A stretch of 64,000 nt of DNA from Azolla caroliniana. Lineage: Eukaryota > Plantae > Polypodiophyta. The position numbers were made by a program, and so were the translations under genes. The stretch spans positions 10,850,001 to 10,914,000 of the forward strand of contig JBHGNT010000010.1 of assembly GCA_043228905.1 (NCBI GenBank). The letters are read 5' to 3'. Under the pieces are notes generated by a model. The model did no database searches and was not told the DNA's origin. It was given only the letters and a program-made list of their open reading frames with translations. Of this stretch, positions 26,021-38,572 are shown piece by piece. How positions within the stretch are numbered: position 1 is the first letter of the stretch; every line of letters starts with the position of its first letter.

Positions 26021-28231
26021 GGAGGGAATAACAAAGTTTGTCATTGAGCTAACTTTCAGTGTAAATGTTTCTCGGTGTCATCCCCTCGATTCTATTTACA
26101 ATGTACATATTTGCTTAGCTAGTATACTATGTTGTTTGCTTGACACTAACCTACAAGCCCTTATCATTCCGTTGCATATCTCCATCATTCATCACTCTAG
26201 TGGAAGAAGTTGTCGAATACGGGTGTATAATGGCCGTATTCACATTGTCCCATTGGACACACAAGGTTTAGGTTATTTCTGTAAATAGTGGGAAGGGCAG
26301 TTGCCCTAAGTCAGTTAGTATTTAAACCGACTCTTGTAACCTAGTGTTAAGTTAGTTGTTGCCTCCATTTTTATTGTAACTTTGAGTTCAAATAATATAG
26401 TTACATATTGTGTGCCTCTCTCTCTCTCTCTCTCTCTCTCATTCTATCTTCTTGATCATGCTATACTATGTTAACTTGGTGATCTTTAGCAAAGGTGTTG
26501 TTCTTGTTTCTGGACTGACAGTCTTATATTCCAACATTTGGTATCAAAGCGAGGTTATTCAACTCGCTGCAGGCTGTCATCTATTTTCAACACCATTCTT
26601 GCCCCTCTCTTCCTGAAACCCTGAGTTCAAGATCTCATCTTGAGAAGAGAAAGAAAACTGAAGATTTGCACTCTACTGAGCTAGATCACTCTTAAGGTAA
26701 ACTGGTCCGCTGTACCTTGCTTCTGTGATTGCAATTGCTTAGAGTGGAATCTCTATCAAATCGGCCTCAAGCGTGCTTCATTAGGTTAGACGGAAATCGA
26801 ATAGGTCATTTGATGTTATTCACTCGCTTGTTGTAACCACTCGTAGCAGATTGAGTTCCAGGGCACAACCCCTATCCGTGCTTCATTCGGCTAAATGACA
26901 TTCGGCAGGACCCGTCGTCTCCGTCCCTCTCATCATTGTGGTCATTCGAAGCTGGATCGGCTTGGAAAAGCAACACATAGTCTGTGATTGGTATCTTGAA
27001 ATCGGCACTCGGAATCAAATTGGCAATTAATTGTGCTCAACACGACTAGGCGATATTCGAGAAGACCAATCAGTGTTGTCCCTCTACTCACAGTAGCCAC
27101 TTCGACCAATCGGCGCATTCGTGTTCAATTCGGCTAAGTTGTTTGACTGTAGCCACTTCGGACAGAACCTGCCAATAATCGGATTCGACTCGTGTCCAAA
27201 TTTGACTAGAATGATATCGGGTGAGCTAGTTGGTTGCGTCCCACCATTGTTCATAGTCAACTCCAGACAGAGTTTAGTAAGCCGACACAAATGGCATCAA
27301 CATCCGGCTCATCAAAGATGAGTCTAAGGAAGTTCGATGGGTCGAACTTCAACTTTTGGAAGGAGGAAATGCAGGACTATCTAATAGTCAAGGGTCCCAT
27401 TGACCCAATCGAAATTGAAAATGCTCCAAAAGGATACAAGCCGAATGAGTGGTAGAAGCTGGATAGAATCGTCCGTGCCACAATTCGGATGCACTTGTCG
27501 GAGTTAGTGTACTTCATAGTGCAATCATGTTTGATTGCCTTCCAACTATGGAAGACACTCTCGGATACTTACAAGAAGAAGGTCGCCGCCACAAAGATAT
27601 ATTTGATTCGGTATTTCTACAATCTTCAAATGAAAGAATCTGATTCGGTCTAGGAACACCTGAACGAGTATGAAAGTCTAAGCTCCCAGATTTCGGCTTA
27701 GGGGACGACAATCGAAGACGAATTCAAAGATATGTTGCTCATGAGTACTCTCCCCCCTACTTGGGAAACTGTGTGCAATGCGTCGATTGCAGTAGTAAAA
27801 TACTCTGAAGTCGCAAGCGCAATCTTGACTGAAGTAGGTCAAAGGAAATTGTTTGCAAACGATTTAGCTAGTTACGCCTATGTAGTACAAAGTTCGACCG
27901 ACTGATCGAACAATCATGGAAGAAGTTCTTCCTGACTGCCGAACAACACGCGAAGTCGAAGCAAATCTCGGGATAATCAAATATGCAATTACTGCAAGAA
28001 ACCCGTACATATCAAAGCCGATTGCCACACACTCAAAGCCAAGAACAATAAAGCTCAACGAGATTATCATAAGAGTGACCGAACTATGTTGTTTCATCAG
28101 CTGAAGTTTTGATGAACGACATGAACATTCTGTTCATCGAACACGGAGTCGAATCAGAAGTTCTGCTTACGATTGAAGAGTCAATCACTTGGCTCCTTGA
28201 TTCAGACGTTTCATACCATGTGATCCCTCAC

Positions 28232-28687
28232 TATTATAGATCTAGGTACTAAAGTAAGCTTAAGATAAGGATAAAGTAATGATAGATAGAAAGGAGAAAG
28301 AGAAAGAAGGGTGCCGATCCACCCGACCACCCCCGAGCGAAGGGATCGAGACAGACTCGAGCCTCGATCGGCGTCCCATACCACCGCCGTGGCGTCAAGT
28401 CGTACCTGGTGCTGGTGCGCTCGCTACAAGAGTTGACCCACCACAAGAGCAGAGTTTCGATGTAGTCCAAAAGATGATCAAATGAGGGTAGCTAGGCCTC
28501 TTATTTATAGCGATACCCAAGGCCCCCAGGCAAGTTCACACTTGACCTAATGGGTTGTCTCAATCCCGAGGATTAAAAGTAATCCTCCACTTCTTTACAG
28601 TCTCGTTTAACCCTCACACTTATCCACGTGTATAGAATACTACGGTAAATTCTCACCACGGGATATTATATGGTCATGCCCGTAACA
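28232..28687 (-). mobile_element. Solo LTR inserted in the Copia protease region
   Basis: Perfect TSD CTCAC (28227-28231 and 28688-28692), TA(TG)...CA termini, same family as 11228-11696. Confidence 0.85.
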
Positions 28688-29110
28688 CTCACATATCCCA
28701 AATTTCACAATATTTGGCCTGACATTTCGACGCAGTCCAAGTTGGAAATTTGCAGCACTACACTATAATTAGAATCGGCACATTAGAGCTTAACCTTCCG
28801 GGTGGCTCTACACTAGTACTACACGATGTTCGACATGTACCTGAGCTCTTGTGGCCATTGAACTCAGTCGAATAGCTAGATGAAGACGACATCCGTGCTA
28901 GCTTCTCTTCAAGAGGGTTGACACTTCACAAGGGAAACATCCAGCTTGCTCGAGGTCCAAAAGTACATTCTTTGTACTTGTTATATGTCACGCTCAAAGA
29001 GGGTGACTTGTTTCTGGTCAATATTCCCGTGTCATCCAATAGGGCATGGACGAGTCAGACACCTCAACAAGGCCGACATCACGCATTTATTTAGAGCCGG
29101 ATATATCCTC

Positions 29111-29486
29111 AAACTCTCCTTCTTGGATCACCAGTTCTGCAAGCATTATCAATATGGCAAGCAGGTCACAATCTCACACTTGATGACATCACCAAGAGAA
29201 TCGAATCCACTCGATTTAGTCCATTCGGTCATTTGTGGCCCGATGCCACATTAGTCCCTTGGTGGCGCTTCCTACTTCGTCAGCTTTATTAACAACTCAA
29301 ACTCTCCTTCTTGGATCACCAGTTCTGCAAGCATTATCAATATGGCAAGAAGGCCACAGTCTCACACTTGATGACATCACCAAGAGAATCGAAACCACTC
29401 GATTTAGTCCATTCGGTCATTTGTGGCCCGATGCCACATTAGTCCCTTGGTGGCGCTTCCTACTTCGTCGACTTTATTAACAACTC
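29111..29486 (+). repeat. 188-bp tandem duplication in Copia integrase
   Basis: AAACTCTCCTTCTTGGATCACC recurs at 29111 and 29299. Confidence 0.9.
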
Positions 29487-30891
29487 AACCAGGAAAGTGT
29501 GGGCATACCCGGCTAGAACTGAAGATCAAGTTTTCTCGATCTTCCAGGAATGGCTTGCCATGGTGGAGAACCAATCAGATCGGAAGCTAAAATGCTTGCG
29601 GTCTGATAATGGAGGAGAGTATAAGTCAGAGGAATTTGTCAGATTTTGCCGACAACACGACATTCGACGTGACTATACGACACCATACAGTTCGGAGTAG
29701 AACCGAATTGCCAAACGGATGAATCAGATGATTCAAGAACGAATCATTGTTATGCTCCAACACTCTAGACTGTCAGATGGCTTCTGGGCAGAGGCCCTAC
29801 TTATGGTAGTACACATAATCAATATGTCGCAGAGTAGGCCTCTAGAACTTTGAGTACCTCAGGAAATATGGACCAGCAGCAAGCTGAATTATGACAACCT
29901 AAGGAATTTCAAATGCAAGGCATGTGCCCTCATACCGAAAGACGACCACCGCAAACTTGAACCGAGGTCCAAGAAATGTATTTTCCTCAGCTATGGACTA
30001 GACAGCGAGATCAGATATTGACTCTGCCACCCCGAGAACAGACAAATCGTCTGAAGTTCAGAGGTTGTGTTCAACATGTTGGCTATGCAAAAGACGACTG
30101 AAAGGCCTATTGAAGTCCAAAAAATAACTTTCTCGGAAGTGTCGGCCCTTCATGACGGCCTTGTTGCGAAGGCACTACGGCTAGCTTGCTTCTCAACAGG
30201 GCCAACCCATAACACGAGGTCGGCTTTATAGGTAGCCGAAACCTCTAGCACCAAATCAACTTATTTAACACAGCCAAATGCTTTGGCTCCAGATCATTGG
30301 AACCGGACACCTGCTCAGGCTAGCCTAGTCATACCAAGAAGATCCGAAAGACTATCGCGACCTTCGGAGAGGTACTCTCCCAGAATCTTCTTCACGGATG
30401 TTGGCAAACCAACCTCATCCGAAGAAGCATCAACATGCGCTGATTTGGCCACCTGGCATTTGCCGATGGAATCCGAGATTAACTCCATTAGGCCCAATAA
30501 GAAATGGGACTTAGTCGAACTACCGAAACACCAACATGCTCTTCCGTGCAGACGGGTTTATCGGCTCAAAGAGACGTCGGATTCTGCATGTCCCAAGTAT
30601 AGGGCCAAATTAGTCAAGAAGGGTTTCCGATGGCAATATGGGGTCGAATTCGATGAGATTTTTTCACCAGTGGTGAAAATGACCACCCTTCGATTTCTAC
30701 TTAGTGTAGTGGCAACCGAGGACTTGGAGCTTATACAGTTAAATGTAAAGACGACCTTCTTCCATTGCGACCTAGAGGAGGAAGTTTACATGGCGCAACT
30801 AAAAGGCTTCATTGCAGCTGACCAAGAGCATCTAGTCTGTCGACTCAAGAAGAGTTTTTATGGCCTAAAGCAAACATCCTGGTAGTGGTAT

Positions 30892-31296
30892 TGTCATGAT
30901 ATAGCATGGTATGGCTTCAAAAGGATTTGAACCCGTGACCTTGTGTCACATGGTTTGAAGCCTTACCATTAAGCTATACATTGTAATACGAAGAATTTTA
31001 TTTCCATTTATTATTTCACTTAGGAAATCCATGTATATTCTTGAGAACATTCTAGAAATATCAAGAGTATTCCTAAGCCACTATAAAAAGAGGCACATGG
31101 CATTATTGAGAACCAAATCAGTTCAACGCCAATCTTAAGCCTCCTAGCTATTCTTGTATATTCTCTTCATATAATATATATCTTTTGTTATCATCGTTCT
31201 CTCTCTCTCTCTCTCCCGAGAGTTGTACACCCCTCTTAATACTAATCCACACCTTTTAGTACTAATTCCCTCTCTGTCTTAGTACTATTCTTGACA
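30892..31296 (+). repeat. LTR of family A (405 bp)
   Basis: TGTCA...TGACA, homologous to 61916-62192, flanked by GGTAT on both sides. Confidence 0.9.
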
Positions 31297-32597
31297 GGTA
31301 TAAGAAGTTTTTGTCCTTCCGTCTATCTTCTACTTATCCTTCCTTTCTCTAATACTATGGCAACTGTTAGAGCTCAAGAATATCAATCCGTTTTCTCAGA
31401 GTTGCAATGCTTGAAAGAGAAGTTTCTCCCATTGGAACAAGAAAATCAACGGTTGTTGGGGGATCTTCAACAAATCTCCTTAGAAAAGCAGCAAACGCAA
31501 CAACAACATGGGGAACTAGCGTTACGCGTGCAACAACTTGAAGCAATCATTGTAGTGTTGCAACAACAAGGACCAAGTACCCAAGGAATTCATAAGGAAC
31601 CCAAGATCGGCCTTCCTATGAAATTCGATGGAACGCGATCACAGTTTAGAGGATTCCTTAATAAGGTACCATTAGTCATTCAAATGCATCCTTCTTGATA
31701 TCCCACCGATGCATCACGAATGGGTCTAGTAGGCACGTTGCTAAGTGGCTTAGCTTTGGCATGGTTCGTTGTGTTGTTAGAAAAGGAATCTCCATTACTA
31801 CCATTACTAAATAATTTTGAGGAGTTTATAACAAAGTGTAAGAAGTAACGTGCGGAAGCAAGTATGAAGACCGAACAGAAGGAAGAAAACTCAGGTTTAG
31901 TGGAGAGCTTGAGCTTACACAATATACGCGGGAGAGACAGAGAGAGTGAGAGAGAAAACACAAGAACTATATTCAACAAAAGATCTCGATTCACTACTCT
32001 ATACATATGTGTGTTCCATGAACACTTTTATACAAGTCCTCGAAGGACTGACCGTACTTCAATGCTCTTTAAGAGCTCCTACACTAACTCCCAAATATAT
32101 TCCTCACGGAATATCTTTCCTAACGGCCTCCCGGTTTACGCACTCGGCCTAACCGATCGGTCCCAACCGATCCGGTCCTCGGCTTCTTCAGCCGATCCGG
32201 CCGATGTTGAGCTTGTCTCTCAACACTCCCCCTCAAGCTCAACTCGAGGCTCTTCGGGATCCTCAGGCTCACAGCTCCGGTTCCTCCTGGCTTCACGCCT
32301 CGCTCGCGCTCCTCGACCTGTTCAACTCCGCGCGCTTCGACCCTTCCGGTCGGCTTGTCTGCTCATGCGGCTCTTATCAGCTCTTCTGCTATTGCGGTGT
32401 TGACACTTCTCCTGCTGCCTTTTCTTCCGCTTGGGCCTCGGTTGATTCAGCGTATCTGAATCAAACATCTGAACCGACTCGGCTACCTCTGATCGGTTTT
32501 CGCTCCCGTCCCAGTTGGCTGTCTCCAACTCTTCTTCGGTCTTCTCGCCCTTGGTGGCGTCATCTTCCCCATGCGTGGTTGGCTTCGGCTCTCTCCT

Positions 32598-34112
32598 TCA
32601 GCTGCTTCCCTTCTGTCCGCTTTCGGACTTTTCCGCGGGTCCGCCCTCGGCTTCTTCAGCCGATCCGAAGTCGAACTCGACAACTGAGTCAACGGCTGAG
32701 TCAACCGACTCGGTGTCGCGGCCTCCGCTCCTTTCCTGCTGCTTTGCTTGGTCGTTCGGGACTGTTCTACCCCTCAAGTTTGGCATGTCGAGGTGACGCA
32801 ATCCGAGCGCACCGGAGAATTGCTGCAACTTGTCCAGACCAAGGGGCTTAGTGAAGATGTCGGCAGTCTGCCGATCCGTCGGAACGTACTGAAGTTCGAC
32901 TTCTCCGGAAAGGACACGCTCACGGACGAAATGGTAGTGCACCTCAATGTGCTTGGTCCGTGCGTGGAAAACGGGGTTTTTTGCGAGCTGGATGCTGCTG
33001 AGGTTGTTGCAGTAGATCGTCGTCGGATCTGACACCTCCTCTTGCAAGTCCTTAAGTAGCCGCTTCAACCATATGGCTTCGCATGTTGCGGCAACTGCTC
33101 CTCGGTACTCAAATTCGGTGCTCGACAGTGCAACTGTCGGCTGCTTCTTACTGCTCCACGCGATCGCAGCACTCCCGAGGGAGAACGCGTATCCGGACGT
33201 GGATCGGCGATCGGCGGTGTTGCCAGCCCAATCAGCATCGATGTAGCCGACTAACTGCGCGGCTGCACCGGTCCGATATAGCAGTCCCCGGTCCTTAGTG
33301 CCGTTGACATACCGAAGTATGCCTTGCGCACACTGAAGGTGCTCCTCGGTAGGTCGCGCCATGAACTGACTGATCACTCCAACCGGATAACTGAGGTCAG
33401 GTCGGGTGATGGTCAAGTATATGAGGCTTCCGACAATTTGTCGGAACCTCTTCGGGTTGCATACCGTTCTCGTATCGGGACGAAGCTTGACGGTTCTGTC
33501 CAGAGGAGTCGAGACGGACTTACAGTCGGCCATCCCGAATTTGAAGAGCATACTCAGCACGTAGTGACGTTGGCTGATCAATATGCCTTCGGGGGTACGG
33601 ATCACTTCGATCCTGAGGAAGTAATGAAGGTCCCCCAGATCCTTCATGTCGAACGATGCCGCAAGCTGGAGCTTCACGCGGTCGATTTCACGTAGGTCGG
33701 CGCCGGTGATGACCAAGTCATCAACATATAGTAAAATACTAACTGGTCCAAGTCGACCTTTCCAGATGAACAGGGAAGAGTCCGATTTTGACTTGACGAA
33801 GCCCATCCGATGCAGTTGTTGCGTGATCTTCGCGTTCCAGGCACGCGGGGCTTGCTTCAGTCCGTAAAGGGACTTCTTCAGTTGGCATACTGCCGAGGAG
33901 TTCGTTCGAGAATGAAATCCGGGGGGCTGTACCATGTACACCTGTTCCTCAAGGTCACCTTGCAGGAACGCATTCTTTACATCCATTTGATGTAAGTGCC
34001 ACCCCTTCACCATAGCTACTGCGAGCAAAACACGGACAGTCGTCATTTTCGCGACCGGCGCAAACGTCTCATCATAGTCGATGCCGTGTTTCGGCGCGTA
34101 GCCCTTTGCCAC
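32598..34112 (-). CDS. Copia reverse transcriptase and RNase H
   Basis: GIDYDETFAPVAKMTT, QMDVKNAFLQG, LLYVDDLVITG, DADWAG...RRSTSG, HARTKHIEVHYHFVRE. Confidence 0.93.
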   Translation of the reverse strand: MAKGYAPKHGIDYDETFAPVAKMTTVRVLLAVAMVKGWHLHQMDVKNAFLQGDLEEQVYMVQPPGFHSRTNSSAVCQLKKSLYGLKQAPRAWNAKITQQLHRMGFVKSKSDSSLFIWKGRLGPVSILLYVDDLVITGADLREIDRVKLQLAASFDMKDLGDLHYFLRIEVIRTPEGILISQRHYVLSMLFKFGMADCKSVSTPLDRTVKLRPDTRTVCNPKRFRQIVGSLIYLTITRPDLSYPVGVISQFMARPTEEHLQCAQGILRYVNGTKDRGLLYRTGAAAQLVGYIDADWAGNTADRRSTSGYAFSLGSAAIAWSSKKQPTVALSSTEFEYRGAVAATCEAIWLKRLLKDLQEEVSDPTTIYCNNLSSIQLAKNPVFHARTKHIEVHYHFVRERVLSGEVELQYVPTDRQTADIFTKPLGLDKLQQFSGALGLRHLDMPNLRGRTVPNDQAKQQERSGGRDTESVDSAVDSVVEFDFGSAEEAEGGPAEKSESGQKGSS

Positions 34113-34217
34113 TAGCTGAGCCTTGTACCGGTTGACCGAGCCATCGGCGTTGTACTTGACCCTTTACACCCACCTACACCCGATCGGTTTTACCCCTCTT
34201 GGTGCGTCAACCAGGTC

Positions 34218-35660
34218 CTAGGTCTCGTTCTCCGCCAATGCGTGCATCTCTTCCTCCATCGCGGCACGCCAATTCGCGTCTTTAGCTGCTTCTGCGTAGC
34301 TCTCTGGCTCACGCACTTCCGCTACACGGGTCATGTATGCATAATGATGCGCCATGTACTCATTGTATCCAAACCGCATAACAGGATTCTTCTGGCGGGT
34401 AGATCGGCGTAATCTCACATTAGCCGATGTCGAGGCCTTCTCGGTCGACGCGGTCTTCACCTTTAAAGACCCATCACTGGTTCCCTCGGAGTCGGACTCG
34501 CGTCGGTCTGACTCGTTCCTATCCGTGCCGGAATCAGACACCTTCTTCTTCCCTTTCTCGTTGCGCGTAAGCCGTCTCCTCGGCTTCCTGTGCGGGGAAT
34601 GCACGGCCGAGTCTCCACTACTCGCCGGCTCTTCATCGGACTGGTCGTACCGACTTAGTCGTCCAATCAGTCCACTTAAACGGAGTGAAATCGGACTCTC
34701 TTCGCGGGTCTCGATTTCGGGCTCATCCGGAGGCATCTCGGCCTCGCTGACCTCATCGTCAGAGCTCGGATTGGAGTCGGGGTTCGGAGTCGGGGGCTGG
34801 TACCAAGACGCGGACTCGTCAAACACAACGTCGCGGCTAACACGCGCTTGTTTGGTGCGAGGGTTATAGCACTTATAACCCTTCTGCTCATCCGAGTAAC
34901 CGACCAAGATGCATTTCTCGGCCTTTGCGTCCAGCTTCCTCCTTTTCTCCTTCGGTACATGCACATACGCAATGCTACTGAACACCTTCAAGTGTCGCAA
35001 GTTCGGCTTCGTTCCGAAATACAGCTCGTGCGCTGACACTTTGTCTCCGATCCGGTTCTGGATGTATACCGCGGTCCTTACCGCCTCGGCCCAATAGAAC
35101 TTGGGCAAGCTCTTCTCTTCCAACATTGCCCGTGCCGCTTCCACAACTAACCGATTCTTCCTCTCGGCCACGCCGTTCTGCTCTGGCGTGTATCTACAAC
35201 TGAATTCGCGCCGAATTCCCATTTGTTGTAGATAACCGTTGAATTGACCAGAAAAGTACTCTTTCCCGCCATCCGACCGCAGGCACTTGATCTTTCGTCC
35301 CGTTTCCGTTTCCACGAACCCTTTGAGGTCCCGGAAACAGTCGAAGAATTCGCTCTTCCTCTCAACGAGGTAGATCCACGTGTGCCGCATGTGGTCGTCG
35401 ATGAAGGAGACGAAATATCGGCTCCCGCCAAGACTAACGTTTTGTGCCGGCCCCCATACATCGGAGTGTATAAGGTCGAGCTTATTCCGGCTCCGGTTTT
35501 GCTCGTTGGGGAAAGGAAGTCGGTGTTGCTTCCCGAGCTGGCAGGCTTCACAAATTTGTGCCTTTCGGCCACTAAATTTGGGCAATCCGAACACTACCTG
35601 TTTCGATTGCAGATCTTGAAGCCGCTGGTAGTTGACGTGGCCTATCCGCTTGTGCCACAA
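34218..35660 (-). CDS. Copia integrase (GAG-pre-integrase, rve core) and linker
   Basis: WHKRIGH...CEACQLGK, IHSDVWGP, KCLRSDGGKEY, PEQNGVAERKNR. Confidence 0.93.
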   Translation of the reverse strand: MWHKRIGHVNYQRLQDLQSKQVVFGLPKFSGRKAQICEACQLGKQHRLPFPNEQNRSRNKLDLIHSDVWGPAQNVSLGGSRYFVSFIDDHMRHTWIYLVERKSEFFDCFRDLKGFVETETGRKIKCLRSDGGKEYFSGQFNGYLQQMGIRREFSCRYTPEQNGVAERKNRLVVEAARAMLEEKSLPKFYWAEAVRTAVYIQNRIGDKVSAHELYFGTKPNLRHLKVFSSIAYVHVPKEKRRKLDAKAEKCILVGYSDEQKGYKCYNPRTKQARVSRDVVFDESASWYQPPTPNPDSNPSSDDEVSEAEMPPDEPEIETREESPISLRLSGLIGRLSRYDQSDEEPASSGDSAVHSPHRKPRRRLTRNEKGKKKVSDSGTDRNESDRRESDSEGTSDGSLKVKTASTEKASTSANVRLRRSTRQKNPVMRFGYNEYMAHHYAYMTRVAEVREPESYAEAAKDANWRAAMEEEMHALAENET

Positions 35661-37919
35661 GTCGATGTCTGACTCGGTTTTCTTCCCTTCGCGAACATTG
35701 CGGTGCCATCGTCAGTGGAGTCGAGGATGAACATCCTCCCGTCTCTGCGCCCTTGCGCAATCACACGACCTTCTTCCTCAATGAAGCACCCGAGGTGTGT
35801 AAACCGAACCTCCATCCCTTGGTCGACGATCTGTCCGACCAAGACCAAGTTCTTCGTGATTGTCGGAACATGCAACACGTTCATGAGTTTCCCTTTCTGC
35901 CCGACATGGCTAAGGGGAACTTCTCCGACATTCACGATCGGATGCGGAGTGTCGTCTCCAGTTGCGACTACTCTAGGTTGTATCGGTTTTTCAAGGTACG
36001 AGAACCACTCCTTATGACTCCGAAGGGTGCGTGGGAAAATCTGAAGAAGATCTTCGCCGCGAGCACCACAGCCAGGAAGCTTCAGCTCCGACAGGAGTTG
36101 AGCAACCTACGACAACGCAACTTGTCGGTGGCGGATTATACCTCAAAGATCAAGGATATCTGCGACTCCCTCGCCTCCATAGAGGTGAACATCGAGGAGA
36201 GTCGCACCAAATCGATTATGTCTCTATTGCGGAGGGCCAGGGCATATCGGAGTAAACTGTCCACATAGGCCAAGAAGACAGGTAAATGAAGTAGTGGGTT
36301 GTACTAAACCCGAGTCTATTTCATTAGAAAATTCTAATAGTTCTAATAGTACTAATAGCCCAAATCTATCGAACAAATTTGAAGTCCTTAGTCAATTAAA
36401 AGAAGGGTTAAACGACTAAGTCCAGCCAAAATAGGAACCATTTGGTTAGACAGTCCTAGATTTGTGCAGCCCATTAGTGGTTCCATTCCCTCTAAGCAAG
36501 TTAGCAATGTGTTTTTAGCTCAAGTAATGGTTAGTACTAAAAGTACTCCTCCAGTACATGTCTTAGCACAATGACTGGTACCAACAAACCCAAGGACCTA
36601 CTCATAGGATTGCAACCATTTCGCTACATCAATTTTGTGAAGGAGGATGCAAGGAAGCAATGTTTGTCTTCGCAGTATTAGTAATACATTCCAACACCAC
36701 TAAAGAGGAATATACAATTCAACTTCCAGAGAAGTATTGTCATTATGCCGACGTGTTCGATAAGGTACAAGCTAGTATGCTTCCTCAGCACTGATTGTAT
36801 GATTGTCCCATTGATTTACAACCGGGAAAAGAACCACCATGAGGACCGATCTACAACTTGTCACCAACCGAGCTAGAAGTCCTTCGAGTCTACATAGAGG
36901 AGAATTTGGCAAACGGTTTTATTCGACATTCGAAATCTCTAGCCGGCGTACCCATTTTCTTTGTCAAGAAAAAGGATGGATCACTTCGTCTCGTCGTAGA
37001 TTATTGTGGCTTGAATAAGGTCACCATCAGGAATAGGTATGCACTTCCCCTTATCTCAAGTCTTTTAGAACAGATCAATGGTGCAAAGTTCTTCACAAAG
37101 ATCGACATATGAGAAGCATATAACCTTGTATGGATCTGACCAAGAGATGAATGGAAGACCTCGTTTCGCACCAGATATGGGCACTTCGAGTATACGGTTA
37201 TGCAATTCGGTCTCACTCATACGCCAACAGTCTTCCATTACATTGCAAATGATATATTCTGAGATCTCTTGGATATTTGTTTGATCATCTATTTGGATGA
37301 GCTACTGGTTTATTCGAAGACTCAAGAAGAACATGATTCTCATGTACTATTAGTACTAAAACGACTTCGAGAACATGGTCTTTATGCAAAACTAGAAAAA
37401 TGTAGTTTCGAGTGCAACCAGGTGGAATTTCTAGGCTATATCATCTTCTCGGAAGGCATCTCTATGGATCCAGCTTAGGTCAAAACTGTGGTAGAGTGGC
37501 AGAATCCACGTTCGTTGTGACAGTTTGAATCCCTTCCAACTGGAAGCACCACCTGTCCTCGTCATCGTCTTTGCATCTAGAGTTACCATCATCATCGTTC
37601 TTGCTTCTGGAGTTACCATCATCAACATCCTTGTCTTCTACGTCATCATTTTCAACACCTCTTCGCCCAACCATCGTCTTCATCAACACTACTTGTCATC
37701 ATGTTTAGGTATCATTTTGCATCACGGTTTCAATCACTCACCTTCTAGTTTCAATGGGGGTCACTATCGCTCACTTTCCTAGTGGGGATCGCATGGGTTT
37801 CTCGCTAGCGCTGCCGTTTGTGTTGTGTTTTGGGTCAACCTTGACTATTTACCCTCTCATAATAGAAGAAGTCAAGTCAGCCGCTTCACTTGCACTCCTT
37901 CACCCATTCATGTAATAGT

Positions 37920-38572
37920 TCCCAATGAGGACCGCATGGTCACTCACTCCTGTTCATGTTCTAGTTCTCAGTGAGGACCACATGGTCACTCACATCATTC
38001 GTGTTCCAGTTCCCGGTGAGGGCCGCATGGTCGCTCACTCCCGTTCATGTTCTAGTTCTCTGTGAGACCTCATGGTCGCTCACATCGTTAGTATTCTAGT
38101 TCCCGGTGAGCATCCCATGGTCGCTCACTCCCATTCGTGTTCTGCTTCTCGGTGAGGACCGAATGGTCTCTCACATCGTTCGTGTTCTAGTTCCCGGTGA
38201 GGGCCGCATGGTCGCTCACTCTCTTTCATGTTCCAGTTTTCGGTGTGGACAACATGGTTGCTCACTCCCTTTCATGTTCCAGTTCTTGATGAGGACCGCA
38301 TGGTCACTCACACCCGTTCGTGTTTCTGATGAGGACCGCACATGGTCGCTCACGTTCCGATTCCCAGTGAGTCCCACACATGGTTGCTCACGCCCACTCG
38401 TGTTCAAGTTCTCGGTGAGAACCGCATGGTCACTCACTCTCGTTCATGTTCTAGTTCCCGTTGAGGGCCGCATGGTCGCATACTCCCGTTCGTGATCCAG
38501 TTCTCTCACTCTCGTTCATGTTCCAGTTCTCGGTGAGGACCGTATGGTCACTCACGACCGTTCATGTTCCCA
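37920..38572. repeat. Minisatellite, about 14 units of 45-46 bp
   Basis: CATGGTC(A/G)CTCAC-like core at about 37935, 37981, 38026, 38071, 38116, 38162, 38207, 38253, 38299 and onward. Confidence 0.9.

Larger units (their letters stand above)
26211..30891 (+). mobile_element. Degraded Copia element: 5' LTR (to 26536), PBS, gag, PR, INT, start of RT
   Basis: ...CCAACA then TGGTATCAAAGC at 26539. Gag from 27291 (MASTSGSSKMSLRKFDGSNFNFWK), WLLDS protease motif, KCLRSDNGGEY integrase, RT 30283-30885. The LTR start is tentative. Confidence 0.85.
31837..36200 (-). mobile_element. Copia element in reverse orientation inside gag of A: 3' LTR 31837-32225, PPT, near-intact pol, 5' end lost
   Basis: PPT TTGAGGGGGAG on the minus strand next to the LTR; RT/RH ORF 32598-34112; INT ORF 34218-35660; protease ~35642-36015. 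Confidence 0.9.

Noticed and set aside
31864-35672. Many plus-strand ORFs of 60-215 aa
   Set aside because: They are antisense shadows of GC-rich Copia pol and LTR sequence with no recognisable domains.
37920-38572. CRISPR-like regular repeats
   Set aside because: The whole unit repeats with drift, there are no unique spacers or cas genes, and the context is eukaryotic.
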